Below, one piece after another: positions 25,321-40,105 of a stretch of 64,000 bases of DNA. The stretch is from Raillietiella orientalis (taxonomy: Eukaryota). Each line of letters starts with the position of its first letter. Within the stretch, counting starts at the first letter, position 1. The position numbers and the translations under genes were made by a program. The notes beneath the pieces were generated by a model. It saw only the letters and a list, made by a program, of their open reading frames with translations. It was not told the DNA's origin and did not search any database. The stretch is from the NCBI GenBank assembly GCA_036172245.1, contig JAYWIR010000005.1, forward strand, positions 186,001-250,000. Direction: 5' to 3'.

Positions 25321-25983
25321 AATCCGCGGGGTTTGTGCGTTGCCGCCGCCGCCGCCGCTCGACGACCGCCGGCGACCGATCGGCCCGCCTCCCTTCTTCC
25401 CTGCTGCGAGCGGTGCCGCATCGCTCCCCCACGCCCTCAGGCCCGCGTAGTGCACGCGAGCCCGCAGGAGACTCCACCACCACTCACTCGCCTTCCGCCG
25501 ACGCCCTCTGTGCCAGCAGCTCCTCATCTTCTTCCCCCACTCTTCTCCTCCCCCACTTCTCCCCCGCCTGTGCTGCCCAGTCCGACCGACCTCGAAGGCG
25601 CCGAGGAAGAGATCCAGAGGAGGAAGCTGCCCCGAGGCGGTGGCTTTGCAGTCTCCTGCTCCCCTGTGTCCCCTGCAGTGCGCCGAGGAGGCGCCGGTCA
25701 GTGCTCACAGACCTCACCTCTGCAGGACCTCACCGCACCGGACGGGGGAGAGAGCAGACACTGGGTGCGCGTGCGCGCAACCCCCCTCCCCGGCAGTCTC
25801 TCGAGCGTCCTCGCTTCCTTCCCCCCCTAAAAGTGACCTGGTGACCCTCCGGGGCGGCGGCAGCAGCCCCGGCGACTGCGGCTGCGCGTCACCCTCGACC
25901 TGTCGGGTCCCTCCGATCGCCAGCAGCGCACCGAGGAGGCCGGCGCGGTGCCCCGCCCACCGGCGCCACCGCCGGCATCCGAC

Positions 25984-28149
<2,166 letters not shown>

Positions 28150-28539
28150 AGCCGCCGCAGGGCACGGCCGGCCCGCGGCAAGGGACCAACGACCATCACG
28201 CATCAGCCCCGTGACTCCCCTCCCACCTCTCCCCTCTTTTCCGTGCCAGTGCTGCGACGATCCGGTGCGCGTCCCCTGTGCAAGCTCGCCCGTCTCCCTG
28301 ACGACGAGCGACGCGCGCGCTGCGCCTCTCCTTCCAGCTCAGCCGCCGCGATACTCTCCCTCGGGGCAGGGGCGAGGTCGGCGAGACCAACGTCCCTCTC
28401 CCCCCCTCTTTCCGGCCGCCCGCGCAGCCACGCTGCGCCTCCGGCCACGTCGCCTTCCCCCTGCAGGAAGGAAATCTTGGGTGCCATGGATACCGGAACG
28501 ACATCTCGTTTCCGACCGACTACGCTTCACGAACTCGAA

Positions 28540-28625
28540 GTGACTTCTTGTTCCGAACTTTATCGTTTATGTACGAAACGATTTTTCTGTACAGTACCAA
28601 AGTAGATTAAAATTGTATTATGCCG
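28540..28625 (+). terminator. EGR 3' end: AU-rich segment with polyadenylation signal
   Basis: Abrupt AT-rich stretch ~400 nt after the stop, with ATTAAA at 28606-28611. Confidence 0.5.
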
Positions 28626-31600
28626 AGTTGGGTCCCCAAGAAGAACGCTGCGATCTGCCGCACATGGCGCGGCGGGCGGCTCCTGGATCCGTTCTTTCGT
28701 CTTGGGCGCTCCCGCGCGCACCCGAGACGGCGGTCAGTTGATCCTCCGTCCCCAACCGTTCGACTGAGATCCCGACCGCGTCCCTGAGCAAGACCATGCG
28801 TACATAGAGACGAAACGTGTGTGCATACGCGTACACTCACAGCGCGCGTGACCCCGCCTGATACACGCACGTCCGTACCAGATTCCCCTGTACACGTTCC
28901 TGATGGTGATTTGTGTACCATATATACCGTACCTACCTGGCTTAGACGACACTCGCTGCTCATAGGCGGCGGCTTCCGGTTTCCCCCTTGCCAGTGGTCA
29001 GCGGGCTCGCCGCGACCCGACCCGACCAAAGGAGCGAGCGTCCTCTTCTCTCGTCAGCCTCCCGGTCGCCTGCGAGGGAGGCAGGGAGGCCACTGCACGC
29101 GTGCACCTCCTCCTGACCTCCTCAGGAACTCCGAACCGTGAACGGGACGGAGCGGGAGGACGGCCCACGCCGCCAGTCGCAGCAGCAGCGCCGGTCCGAG
29201 CAGGAGATACACCCCCACCTCCTTCTGACCCACTCCGGGTCTCTTCCAGGAGTGTCCCCTCCGTCCCTACAAAAGCCAAGCAGAGTGGAGGCTGAGCCGT
29301 CCGGCGCTCAACCTCGTGTTCCAGAAGGTGGGGCGGAGGTGCATCCTCAGCATCTCCTACAGCACTCTTCGCGCGCCTCGAGGAAGGGAGGGAACAGAAG
29401 GAAACGATGCCATCCTGAACGGACCCAGCCGAGGGACGGCTGCCCGGTGGGCACACCTGACCTGCCATGGCGCCATGGGACTCTTCTGGCCTCGATCGAT
29501 GTCACCTCCCAGCGGTCCGAAATGTCCACCGACTGCAGGCAGACGGCGTGGATCGCTTGACCCCGTGCACTCCTGCCCTTCCGCACCACCGTCCTCGCGC
29601 CGGGGAGAGGCCCGCGCGGTCTGGGGGGGTATTTACTCTCACGACTGGAGTCGCGAGGCCTCCCTCTGTCTCCGGCAGCCACCCCACTGACTCAGGTCGG
29701 TGCGCAGGGCGCTTCCAGTCGAGAGATATCGCCACGAGCGTGGCGCGGGACTCGCTGGCCGAAGGCGAAGAGCGACCCCATCGGGTTCGCCGGGCAGGGG
29801 GGAGGAGAGCGGTCCAGCTTACAGAGGGATCCCTGCAGAGGGAACAGGCAAGTGAACGTGGTCTGCTGGCGCCCCCCTTGCCTACGGGACTCTATGGGCC
29901 CGAGGACGAGGGCGCCAACGGGGTCTGCAAGGGCCCGCGTGGGCGCGGAAGGACGAGCCAGGAGCTTCTCCTCGGGGCACCTGGCCCGGCCCTTCCGGAG
30001 CCCGATTGGTGACCTTCCAGGGGCGGACCCAGGCATCCAGAGGCGACTTGAGCGGGTTGCACCGCTGGGGTTTTTTCCATCCCTACCTTCCCCGGAGGGA
30101 CCGTGAGGCAGGAGGTGGACCATCCTGCTTTGCCCTGATGCGCCGTCGACACTTCCGCTGCTGGAGACGTAGGGCGGGGTCGGGCCGCGGGCGCGCAGGT
30201 GCATGCACCAAGGCGAGCATCGAGGAGACGATGTCCTCAGGGCAGGCGGAGGGCAACTCGGAACCCGCCCTCCGAGGGGGCCTTCCTGCCGGCTGACACC
30301 CGGCAACGAGTTCCGAGGATCGCTGGCGACCACCCTGCTCTGGGGTTCTGCATTCGGGGCAGGAGTTACCGTGGCAACCACCCCCTTCCTGAGTCTCCGT
30401 TTCACGACAGCTCCGGCCTCCAAGGCCATCATCTCCACGCCCTCAGTCCAGAGCTCTGCTTCGTCCCGCGTCGGGGCGTTGCACCCTCGACGGCGACGCC
30501 ATCGCTCTGTGACCCCACCTCCGCTCACTGCCGCCGCACCTCCTGGCGAGGTCGACCACTTCCTGGCAGTCTCCTGCGGCTGGACCGACAGAGGATCCCG
30601 CCAGAGGCAGATTTCCCCTTCTGTCGGTTTCGCTGGCGCTTCCGCCCCCATCGGACTCGTACTGTCGGCAAGGGTGCGGGTGAGAGAGAGAAAAAGGGAC
30701 CCTGCTGCCCTTCGGCGGCTTCTCTTCAAAATCAAAGCCATTCGTCCCCGATAGCGATGCAGGGGGTCGACCCGACTCTTCGCCAAGCACTGTCACCTCG
30801 TGTGAACGCTGACTCCCTGCCCGAATGCGACCTGCCGAGAGCCGAGGTGGCCTCTTCCCGTGGAAGGGGAGGGAGGGAGACAAGCGAGGTTCGAAAATTT
30901 TTCTTCTGAGGACCCCCTGGACAGAAAGCACACGCCCGCAGCGCGGCTGGCCTCTTCCTCCCCCGCCATCCTGCACCGGGGTCTCAGAGGGACCTGCGTG
31001 CGGAGTTCCGAGCGGCCGACTTCCCGCCGGTAGGGGAGCAAACGCCGGGACGCGCCTGCGCGCTTGGCGCCAACGGGCAGATAGGCTGAGGATCGCGGCG
31101 GCACCTGCACCTACCTGCGTCCTAGAGCCTGTCCTTGCGAGACGACCTTGTGCTCGGGTGAAGGCGCGGATGACTTGGTCCAGGTCATCGGGACTGGGCC
31201 CCGGGCCTCGGTTGTCTCGGGCGAGCACTGATTGCCCCGCCGCCGTCCCTCGGCTGTCTGCAGAATCAGAGGTCGCGTCCTCTGCACCTGTGCGACGAGG
31301 TGGCGTCCGAAAGGCAGGGCGGGGGAGGGGGGGTGGAAGATGGGAACCGGAATCGAAAGAAAAAAAAACACACGACGCGGGGAAGCGGTGCCAGAATGAG
31401 ACTTCAGCTCGCTGAACGGGCAGCCGCGGTCGAGCTGTCGGGAGCGCACTGCCAGAGGTCGCCCGAGAGAGTGAAGCAGGGCCGCACCGATGGGGAGGGG
31501 GCACCAAAAGCAGCAGGTCTGGGGCGGAATCGACGAGGGATCCCGAAAAAGGGCTCGGACGGACCGAGAGAAGATGCGCACGTCCCCTTTTCATCCTCCT

Positions 31601-32000
31601 TCCTCTCGTATCTGCGCCGCGGGCGAGTTCGCACCCATAGCTCTGCCTCCTTCGCAGGCACCGAACGCGGGCGGTGCGCACAGCGCCATCTTCACTCGCC
31701 CCGGAGACGCGCAGGCGATGCCGGCACGGACAACGGCAGCTCACATCTTCGGAGCACAATCCGGCACCCCCGTCTGGTGGACCGGCGCCTCCAGTCGAGA
31801 GCGGGGGCGGCGGGGGCGTTGCCGCCTCCCCTACCCGTGAGTGTCCACGCGCGGCTCGGCAGCCCCCCCCCCCCCCCATTCGGATCCTCTCAGCCTCTCC
31901 GAGCCACAAGGAGTCGGAGAGGATCTCCTAGACGACAGCCCGTCGACTCTCACGTCGCGCTCGCTGGAGCTTCCGATGGCGCTTGAGGGAGCGCCGGTCC

Positions 32001-32980
32001 ACTTCCGGATGCCTCGGAGGTGGCCCTGGCTCCGGTTTCGGATGGCGTGGATCCTGCTCTCCCACCACGGGCAAGGCTGGGAGACCCCCCCATTCGTGAG
32101 AGGAGGCGGTCGTCATCGCTGGAGGTGCGGGAAGCGCGCCAGTCTACTTCCGGGTGCCTCAGATGTGACCCTGACCTCCGGTTTCGGATGACATGGGTCC
32201 CCCCACCTGCCCGCTCCATCCCCACCGCTCGCGAAGCGCTGGTATCGTCGTAAGCGCACACCCCTGATGTGAAGGCAAAGCCGTGTTCTCCTCCTCCCCC
32301 CCGGGCAAGAACAGGTCCGGATCGGTAGAGGTCCTCCGTCAAGGAAGGATGACGGCAGCAGAACGGCACTGCGTGACCCCTGCTGCACGCGATGGCACGT
32401 CTTCAGCTCGTAGCGGCGTGCTCTCCGTGTACACGCGCGGTAAGCGCGCAGCCCGCGGCGTCTGATTGGCTCGCACGTGCACGCGCGCGCCCTGGGTGTC
32501 GTGCGCAGGAACTCCCGTCACTCGCCTGGGACGCCGGGATGCGCGTCGTTGCCAAGGGCGACTGCAGCCGCGCGCTGAAGCAGTTCGCTGCCGGCGGAGA
32601 GCGCCCGCCATCCCGACGAGGCTCCTGCAGAAGAAAGGCGCCCGTTCTCGCCTCTTGAATGCAACTTCGGGAGCACCCGCGCTTCCCTCCAGGCGCCCAG
32701 GCAAGGATCAGCAGCGCGTTCGGGAACCAGCGGGCCACTGCGACCGCTCTCTCCTGCGGGACTCTGCACTTCCTCATCCCCCGTCCCCTTTGCGCCATCC
32801 GGTGGTGGATGCCAGGCGGGGACCGTCCGCTCCCCGCTCCCAGTGGGGGCGCGGGCGGCGGCGTTTGTGCGCACGCGGGGGGGGGGACTACGCCATCGGA
32901 AACCGGAGGTCAGAGTCACATCCGAGATACCCGGAAGTAAGCCGGCGCGCGCCTCCGGTGACGACGACCCCGTCTCGGTG
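32001..32980. repeat. Three copies of a ~50-bp motif (32001-32050 +, 32146-32197 +, 32887-32938 -), MITE-like inverted arrangement
   Basis: Consensus ACTTCCGGRTRYCTCRGAKGTGRCYCTG.CTCCGGTTTCSGATGRCRT. Similarity between 32100-32200 and inverted 32880-32980 extends beyond the core. Confidence 0.75.
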
Positions 32981-35900
32981 TCCCGCAGGAAAGGACGGGA
33001 AGCCGGAAGTCTGCGGCGCACCTTGGGCAGGCGAGGCGGGGACCGTCCTCTCGAGAGAGGCGCCGCAGACGACGAAGCGGCAGTCGCCCGCCCTGGATCC
33101 TCCACCGGATGCAGCATCAGCAGCGCTTCCACGAGCGCCCTTTCAATCTACCGCGCCAACATTCCCGAACTCCCGTAGGGGCCTTTCCCGGGGACGAGCG
33201 GGAAGTAAGGAAGGGCAGCCCCGAAGGTGGTCAGCTGCGAAAGGCGCCTCCGGGAAGCCCTTCCAACAGGCGGCGACGGCTCCGTCGTCTGCTCAAACTC
33301 CCCCGAACGCGGAAGTGGCAGCACAGGGAGCAGCGCCCTTTGCTCTGGGAAATCAATAAGCAGGAGAAGAACCGAGACCACAAGAGGATCCCCCTCCCCC
33401 TTTTGTGTGTGTGTTTTTGTTTTTTTGTTTTTTTTTTTGTTTTTGCTCTTCTCCTCCCTCTGCCCGAGACTATCCCCGCTGCGCAGGGAGGCGCGAGAAG
33501 CAATGCTACGACACTCCTGCATGTCTGCGCGCTTCCCGCATCCGACAGGCGTCGTCTGCGCGGTGGCAGAACGCCGCCGCCGCCGCCGCCGCCGCTGGGA
33601 AGGCAGGCGGCGCCGCCGCGGGGCTTGCGGGGACTCCCCCCCTCCTCCACCGTGCCCGGACCATCCCTCTCCCTCCCTCTCATCCCATCCCATCCTCCTC
33701 CCCTGCCTTGCCTCCCTTGCTCGGATCCAATTTCTCAGAGGCTGCTTGTTTTGTTTGCTACGGGAACGGAGGATTGATTAATTCTGCCCCCGTGTAAACA
33801 ATGCGGGGATGACGTCAGCAATACGTCAACCGCGCGCGCATCCATTCAGAAATTCGATACGAGCCGCAGGCCCCCGAACAACGGAGCTCCCGCGAACGCG
33901 CCTTCCTGGATAGCGGGATTCATTCATTTTAATCAATGGAAGGGGACAAGACGAAATGAATCGGCTCCTCGGGTCCCCGGCTGCAGCCTCCTCTCGCGTA
34001 GGAACCAGCGGCGCGTCCCGAGCTCCGGCGAGCCGCATCCAGCGAAAGGATGACGCAATCGCCGCCGTTGCTGCACTCCGGCGGAGAGCGCGGAAGCGCG
34101 CGAGGCGGACGCGGCGCGGGAATTCGCCCCTCGCCTTTTTTTTTCTTTTTCTTCCCTCTCCTTCCCGCTTCCCCTCCTCCAGACAGCCTTTATTTATGAA
34201 TTAGAAAATCGATAGCCGGAGGAGCGGCGGGAGGTGGCGTTAGCTCGCCGGCCGGGAGACCGAGGGGGGAGGGAGGGAAGCATTCCGGTTTCCCCGGCGA
34301 GCCGGGACGCGGTGACGCGGAGGTGGGGCTCGCAGGGAGGCACCCCACAGGAGGAGGGCGGGGAGGAGCGGCTAGGCCGGCGCTCATCCAGCGGTCGCGA
34401 GCACCTCTGGGACTCTCGACCGAGGTCGCGCGCCGGAGGCCTCCCAGGAGCACCTGAGGGGAGCCCCGGGAGCGCGGCGGCAGGAAGAGCAGAAAGTGCG
34501 GCGGCGCCGCATCCTTCCGCGGAGGAGTCCGGAGGATCCGCGCGGCCGCGCTCGGAGAAGGGAGCGAGCGGGAGGAGGGGGACCGGACGAATAAGAGGCG
34601 CGCTCATGAGCGGCGCCGCTTCGCCCCCGCGGAGAGCGACGGGGAGGCCCTCCTGGCGCCGCCCGTCGGGAACCCGTGAGCAATACCCGTGACCTCGGCC
34701 CGGGACGCGCGTTCCACGGAGAGCAGGAGCGGCTCCAGCCTCCTCCCAGCGGCCCTCACCTTCCCGTCAGGAAGGAGTCCCGGAGACCCCCATCATCCCT
34801 GGTGACCCCTCCCCCAGAAAGAACTCTTCCCGCTGCCTCCAGATCCGCCTTCCCCAGCCTCCGGCTGAGCTCCCCGGGGACAGACGCTGTTCCTTCAGAA
34901 AAGCCCCAGGGAGCGACCCGCGTGCCGGGGAGCGATGCAGTTCTCTAAGCCCGCGCTCCATCTCGGCGCTCGCAGCCGCTCCGCAGCTTCCTACGGTTGC
35001 TCGAGCCCCCACGGAGGCCACCGAGTGTCGAGGGCGCCCTCGACAGTCGGCCGTCTCTCCCTTTTATGGTGACCTGTAGTTCCCTTCCATGGTGGACCGT
35101 CGCTCCATCTTGATTTCGCTGCCGATTCTCCCGGACGCGGGGACCAAGGGATTCGCAGGCCTTCCTGCCGCAGGGCTCCGTGAAGCGCTCCGCCGCGGGC
35201 AGACCAGAGGAGCAGGCCCTCGTGCTCCCGGCCCCATTCCTCTCCACCATCAGAGGGAGTGACAGCCGACTGTCGGGGGCGCCTGGACCGGGTGGCCTCC
35301 GCGGGGACACGAGCGATCGGGAAGGCCGCGGGAAGCTGCGGAGAGGCTCCAAGCGACGAGATGGAGCGTGGGCGGAGCAAACCGGATCGCTTCCCAGCCC
35401 GCAAGTCGCTCCCTGGGGCCTTCGTCCCATCTGGACGCCTGCCCCCAGGATGCCACGTTTCCATCCTGTCCGGAGTGGGCGCAAGTCCTTCGCGGTTGCT
35501 GCAGCCGTGGCCGGCGGATTCGATCTGACCGAGGGTGCGGCTAACTCGGAAGGATCAAGCGATCATCTGGAGTGTCTCTGAAAGAAAATGCGGACGAGGA
35601 GCCGTGTTGGACGCTCCTGAGGACCTCTGTAGCACGCCTCGTACCGAGGGGTCCAGCCTTAGCACGGGGTGGTCCCGCGCTGGACCGGCGGCATCTGTAG
35701 GCGAAGTGGCGCCCGGAGCAACGAGGCGCGGGTCGTGCGTTTCCCCATCTCGGACCGGAGGCTCCAGTGCTTTCGGAGCGCAGTCCTTAGAGATGGACGC
35801 GACCGCAGTCTCTTCGTCCCACAAGTCGTCTGCCGCCTCCGCCTCCGCGCTTTTCCTGGGCTGTGGACCCAGCTGCTGTAGCCGCCACGCGAGGGGCGCA

Positions 35901-38900
35901 GTGCGGCGGTTCGCTGCCGCTCCTGGGAGCGAGAATGCGCTCGAGTAGTTTCGAAACCCCCCTTCCCTCCCCCTCTTTCCCCTCGAGGACCGGAGCCCTT
36001 CCGGTTGCCACTGAGAAACGGAGGTTGCGCAACAGCTGGATTTCTGGGTGTGGATGGGGGACTTGGGCGCCCCCAAGGACACTCTGACCGTCCTTTCCCC
36101 ATGGTAGTTCCGCTTCTCCCGGTGGCGCATCTGAGTGATGCAGTCTCCCCCATGAGAAGCCGGTAACTAAGCAACCGCGACGGGAAGCCGCTCCTGCCGT
36201 TTCGCCTCACGGATCGAGACCCCGTGTTCCCCGCCGCCGCCTCTGAAGCTTGGGTGGGGGAGGGATCCTGCACCAGCGTGAGTCCGGTCCTCTCACCGGC
36301 CTTCCATCCGGAAGAGACCCCTAAGGACGACGGCCGGGACGGGAGAAATGGGGGGAGGGGCGTTCACCACCGACGCGAAGAGCTGTGCGCAAGCACTGGG
36401 ACGGGGAGATGAGTCAAGAAGCATCCGCAGGAGATGGAGGGAGACGGGAGGGGAGCTCACGCGCACCATCGAGATGAGAACGAACTGTGCTCGAAGTGTA
36501 CGCGAAAAAAGCAAGTGCAATGCAGTCCGAGAGTACTACAGTTGTACCTGAAACATGTACGAGTCGGTCATGTATGGGGCAGCAGACAACGTCGGTGAGG
36601 ACAGCGGCGGCACCCGATAGTGAGAAGGCTCCCACTGCAGGGTCCACGCATCCCTGGGTATCTTGTAGTAGCCGCTGCGATCACTCGTTGCGGCCTCTCC
36701 GCAGATGGAGTGGGTCGCAGGAAGCCGGTCCTTGCTACTCGTTCCCGGGAGACCTTGGGAGAACGCCCAGGAACCCTCCGCTCGCTGTGTCGGTCCCCGG
36801 AGCGAGCCGCAGGGGTGGGCTGGTGACTCCGGTGGGCTCCAGTAGGGATCAGTCCGTCTGCGCCGTCAGCGTGGCCTCTGCCGGGTCGGAGCGCCCACGA
36901 TGACAGCGCCGCCGCCGCCGCCGAAAGGGATTGGTCCTGGGAAGCAACCCTGGTGGCGGCGGCGGCGGCTGTGGAGTGGGAAGGGGAGACCGGGAAGAGC
37001 GAAGCGATCGATCGCGTCTTCAGAGCTTCTCGTCGGGCCTTTCGGCGCGTCTCGCCCGCCCTCTGAGAAGACCTCCTCACCGATTGTTGGGTGCGGAGAA
37101 TCCTCTCCTCCTCCCCCATTGATTGCTGTGGAGGAGCCACTCTCCCTTTCAGCACTCTGGAACCCGCTGACGGAGTGCTGCGTCACTCTAGAGGGGGGGG
37201 GGGTAGCAAGAAGCCCCTGGCACACTGACTCAAGGCAGGGTGCCTCCAAGGTGTCTTACCCAGTGGTCGGGGCGGTGGCAGCTGACGTGATTGACCGATA
37301 GGACGGCTGACCCCTGCTCTGAGATACCTGCATGGTCGTAGGGAGACATGCCGCTCACCTGAGGGCGAAGAGCGCAAAAGGGCGAGAAAAAAGGGCGGCC
37401 AAGGAGCAGTCAGTTCTCGGATCTCGAGGAACTCTGGCAGGAGAGGTGACGCGCGGGAGGCCGCCGCCCTTTGCGGTCTCAAGGGAGGCGCGCGCCCTCG
37501 GCCTGCCCCTCGATCAGCGACCTTCGCCCTATAGCTCCAGCTTTGACCTCTCCATCATTCGTGCACATGGCGGCGTCTCGGGCAGAGCATGCGTGGATGC
37601 AGTCGGCTGCCTTACGTAGCTGTAGAGATCCAATCCAGTCAGGCCTTTCTCCGGTTGTCTGGTTTCGTTGCCTGGGAAAGCTCCGACGGAAGAATACCCG
37701 ACGGGAACCGCTCAGTGTCTTCCCCCCTCCTCTTCCCGTTCGGAGGGAAGCGCTGCTGATGGAAAGTGGTTGAAAAAGAGGGAATGTTCCTGGAGAAGAT
37801 CCAGCGTCCATGTAACCGGAAGTCGTCGTCACGAGCAGCTAGCTGGTCGGTCGTTGGGGGGCCGTGGCCTCGCGACTGAGCTCCTGGACAGAGAATTTGG
37901 TGGTGGGAAGCACGCTCTGTGCCCCAGATGACTGCCACGACAAGCTTCGTCGGAAGGAGTGGCGAAGAGGAGCGGCCGCTGCCGCCGATGGGGTCGTGGA
38001 GCCGCTCTCTGAGTCCCCACCCTTCCTCCACCCCCTTCCCCCGGCGGCGTTTCTTCATTTCCCTCACATTCTGGCAAGCGGACGACTGCAGACCAAAGGC
38101 GCATCAAGAGTTTCTTGTTCATCTTGAAACCGGTAGCAGCTGACACAGAGCGGCGCTGGCGCGCTCAGGGGGACGGCGCTTCTCTCACGAGCGGTGGAAC
38201 ATCAGGACATCGGTCAGCCCGGAGTCGTCCCTCTGGATGGAATCCGAAGGATCTGGTTCTTTCGGAGTCTCCCGTGAGGAATTCCTCGCTGTTCGTCGTC
38301 GTGACAGCAGCGAGAGGAGGTCTACACCCGGCGTACCCGTCGCAGCGCATCTCTGATAGCCTGCCATTCGTCTTGGTCTGCTGCAGATAATCCTCCATGG
38401 CGTTCAGCTAAGAAGAAATGCAGATGTGCAATTCGAGCACCGCTAATCCCTTTGCGATCTTCCCGGATCTACCAAGGAAGACTTTTTCCTTCTTCTTTTC
38501 CCGCTAGCGCTACGGGGTGGTGCGAAACGAGGAACCGAAGGATGTGGTGTCGATGACTGTGTCCCGCAAGCGAGGTGGTCCGTTAGGCCGCAAGTGTGCG
38601 GCAAACTCAGGACTTTCGCGTGACCTGCGGGGGGAAGGGGGAGCACACGCCCAATATCTTCGGGGAAGAAAAGCTCCCAGAAGCGTCCCATCGCCACCTG
38701 CAGGCGAAGGAACAAATGTAAGAGCACTTGACTTGCCTGGTGTTAGATGAAGACCGCGAATGTTGAAAGCTGCGCAATCTCGCCGCCCACCCCAGGTGAG
38801 GCGCTGCTGCAGAGTAGGAGTCGGCACCCCCAGAAGTCCACAGCGCTCTACCCAGAGCGGAAAGGAGGGTGAGAGATTGCTCGGAGCCCCGCGAGCAGGT

Positions 38901-39016
38901 ACGTGGAACGAGCAGGAAGGGAAGGCCGGAAGCTGCTTGGACGGGATGAAGAGGCGAAGAGAGGCCAAGGTGGTTCCCCCCCTCCCCCGGCGTGAGACCA
39001 CCGAACGACTCCAGGA

Positions 39017-40105
39017 TGCCCTTCAGCCCCAAGAGTTCTCTCCGAACCGATGAACCTCGCATCTTCCCGTGTGCTGAGCGTCTTCGGCGAGCGGCTTGCG
39101 ACCTGCGTACTGGAGAGAACCTTCCTCCCACGCGACTGTCTGCTCCCGCTTCCGAGAAAGACACACCGCATCGCCCCGCCCGTCCCGTGGTGGCGGAGCA
39201 TCCAACTTCCACATCCGGAGTATACCTCCTGATCCCGGAGGAAGAAACCACTCAGGACTGCCTCCCCAATCGAATTCCGCCTGCGCCCCTCACGGACGAC
39301 TATCCGCTCCAGGAGGCGAAGTGGAGGAGAGGCACTAGAAGGGGGAAGAAGGACTTCTGCGAAGGAATAGGAGAAAGAAGGACTTCTAAGCAGATGTTGG
39401 GGGTGATGGAGGGTGGGAGAGGGGGCTGGAGGGACAAGAACACGCCTGCACGGATGATGAGCATCTACACCGCTTGTCACCAGGCTGCCGACTACATAAG
39501 AGCGGAAGCTGAGGGCAGGGTTCCTTCGATGCGAGTTCTCACGGGAGCAAAGCACACGTCGGAACGAAGGAAGCCCAAACAGAGGTTGCCCTTTTGCCTG
39601 TGTCTTCCTCCTCCTCCTCCTCTCTTCCTCCCTCCCCTTTTATCCCCCGAGAGGTGCGCGACCGAAAGTGCGCAGGCGGGGGAGGCGGCAAGGTGGCTGC
39701 GTCGCTCCGTGCCTGCGAAGAACCAAGGAAGGTTTTCCTAAGCGGGCGCGAAGACGGGATGGTGGTTGTCATCGATAGCGATGACTCAGTGAGTCCGTGG
39801 ATGCAGAATTGCGGATCTATTTCCAGGATGCCTCGTTTCTGGCGACAGATGGCGCAACGTCCTTTCACCAAGCCTATTCTATGGAGGCTGGTAAATACGG
39901 AGATGACCCAGATAAGCCATAGCATGGAGAAAAGAAGAAGAAAGGAACTTGGCGAAGATAAAAAGTGAGTTTTCTCTCTCTCTCCCTCCCTCTCTCTTCC
40001 CCCTGATGAGGATTTGTCAGTTTAAGGAAAAGATGCCCTGATTCCAGGTTCCCAGACTCCATGGAAACTCCAGGTTTAAAATACACCAATCAGATCTGGA
40101 CTTAA
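39017..40105 (+). CDS. Possible orphan gene; last exons ...39964 | 40021-40105
   Basis: AA|gtgagt donor at 39965, a pyrimidine-rich 56-nt intron and a cag acceptor at 40020 join MPRFWRQMAQRPFTKPILWRLVNTEMTQISHSMEKRRRKELGEDK in frame to NLRKRCPDSRFPDSMETPGLKYTNQIWT*. The upstream structure is unresolved and I recognise no family. Confidence 0.3.

Noticed and set aside
1..25900. Numerous long ORFs of 200-470 aa (e.g. 11911-13314, 13469-14815, 21680-22783)
   Set aside because: They are Arg/Pro/Gly/Ala/Ser-rich, overlap in all six frames and show no domains or splice-consistent structure, as expected in high-GC DNA.
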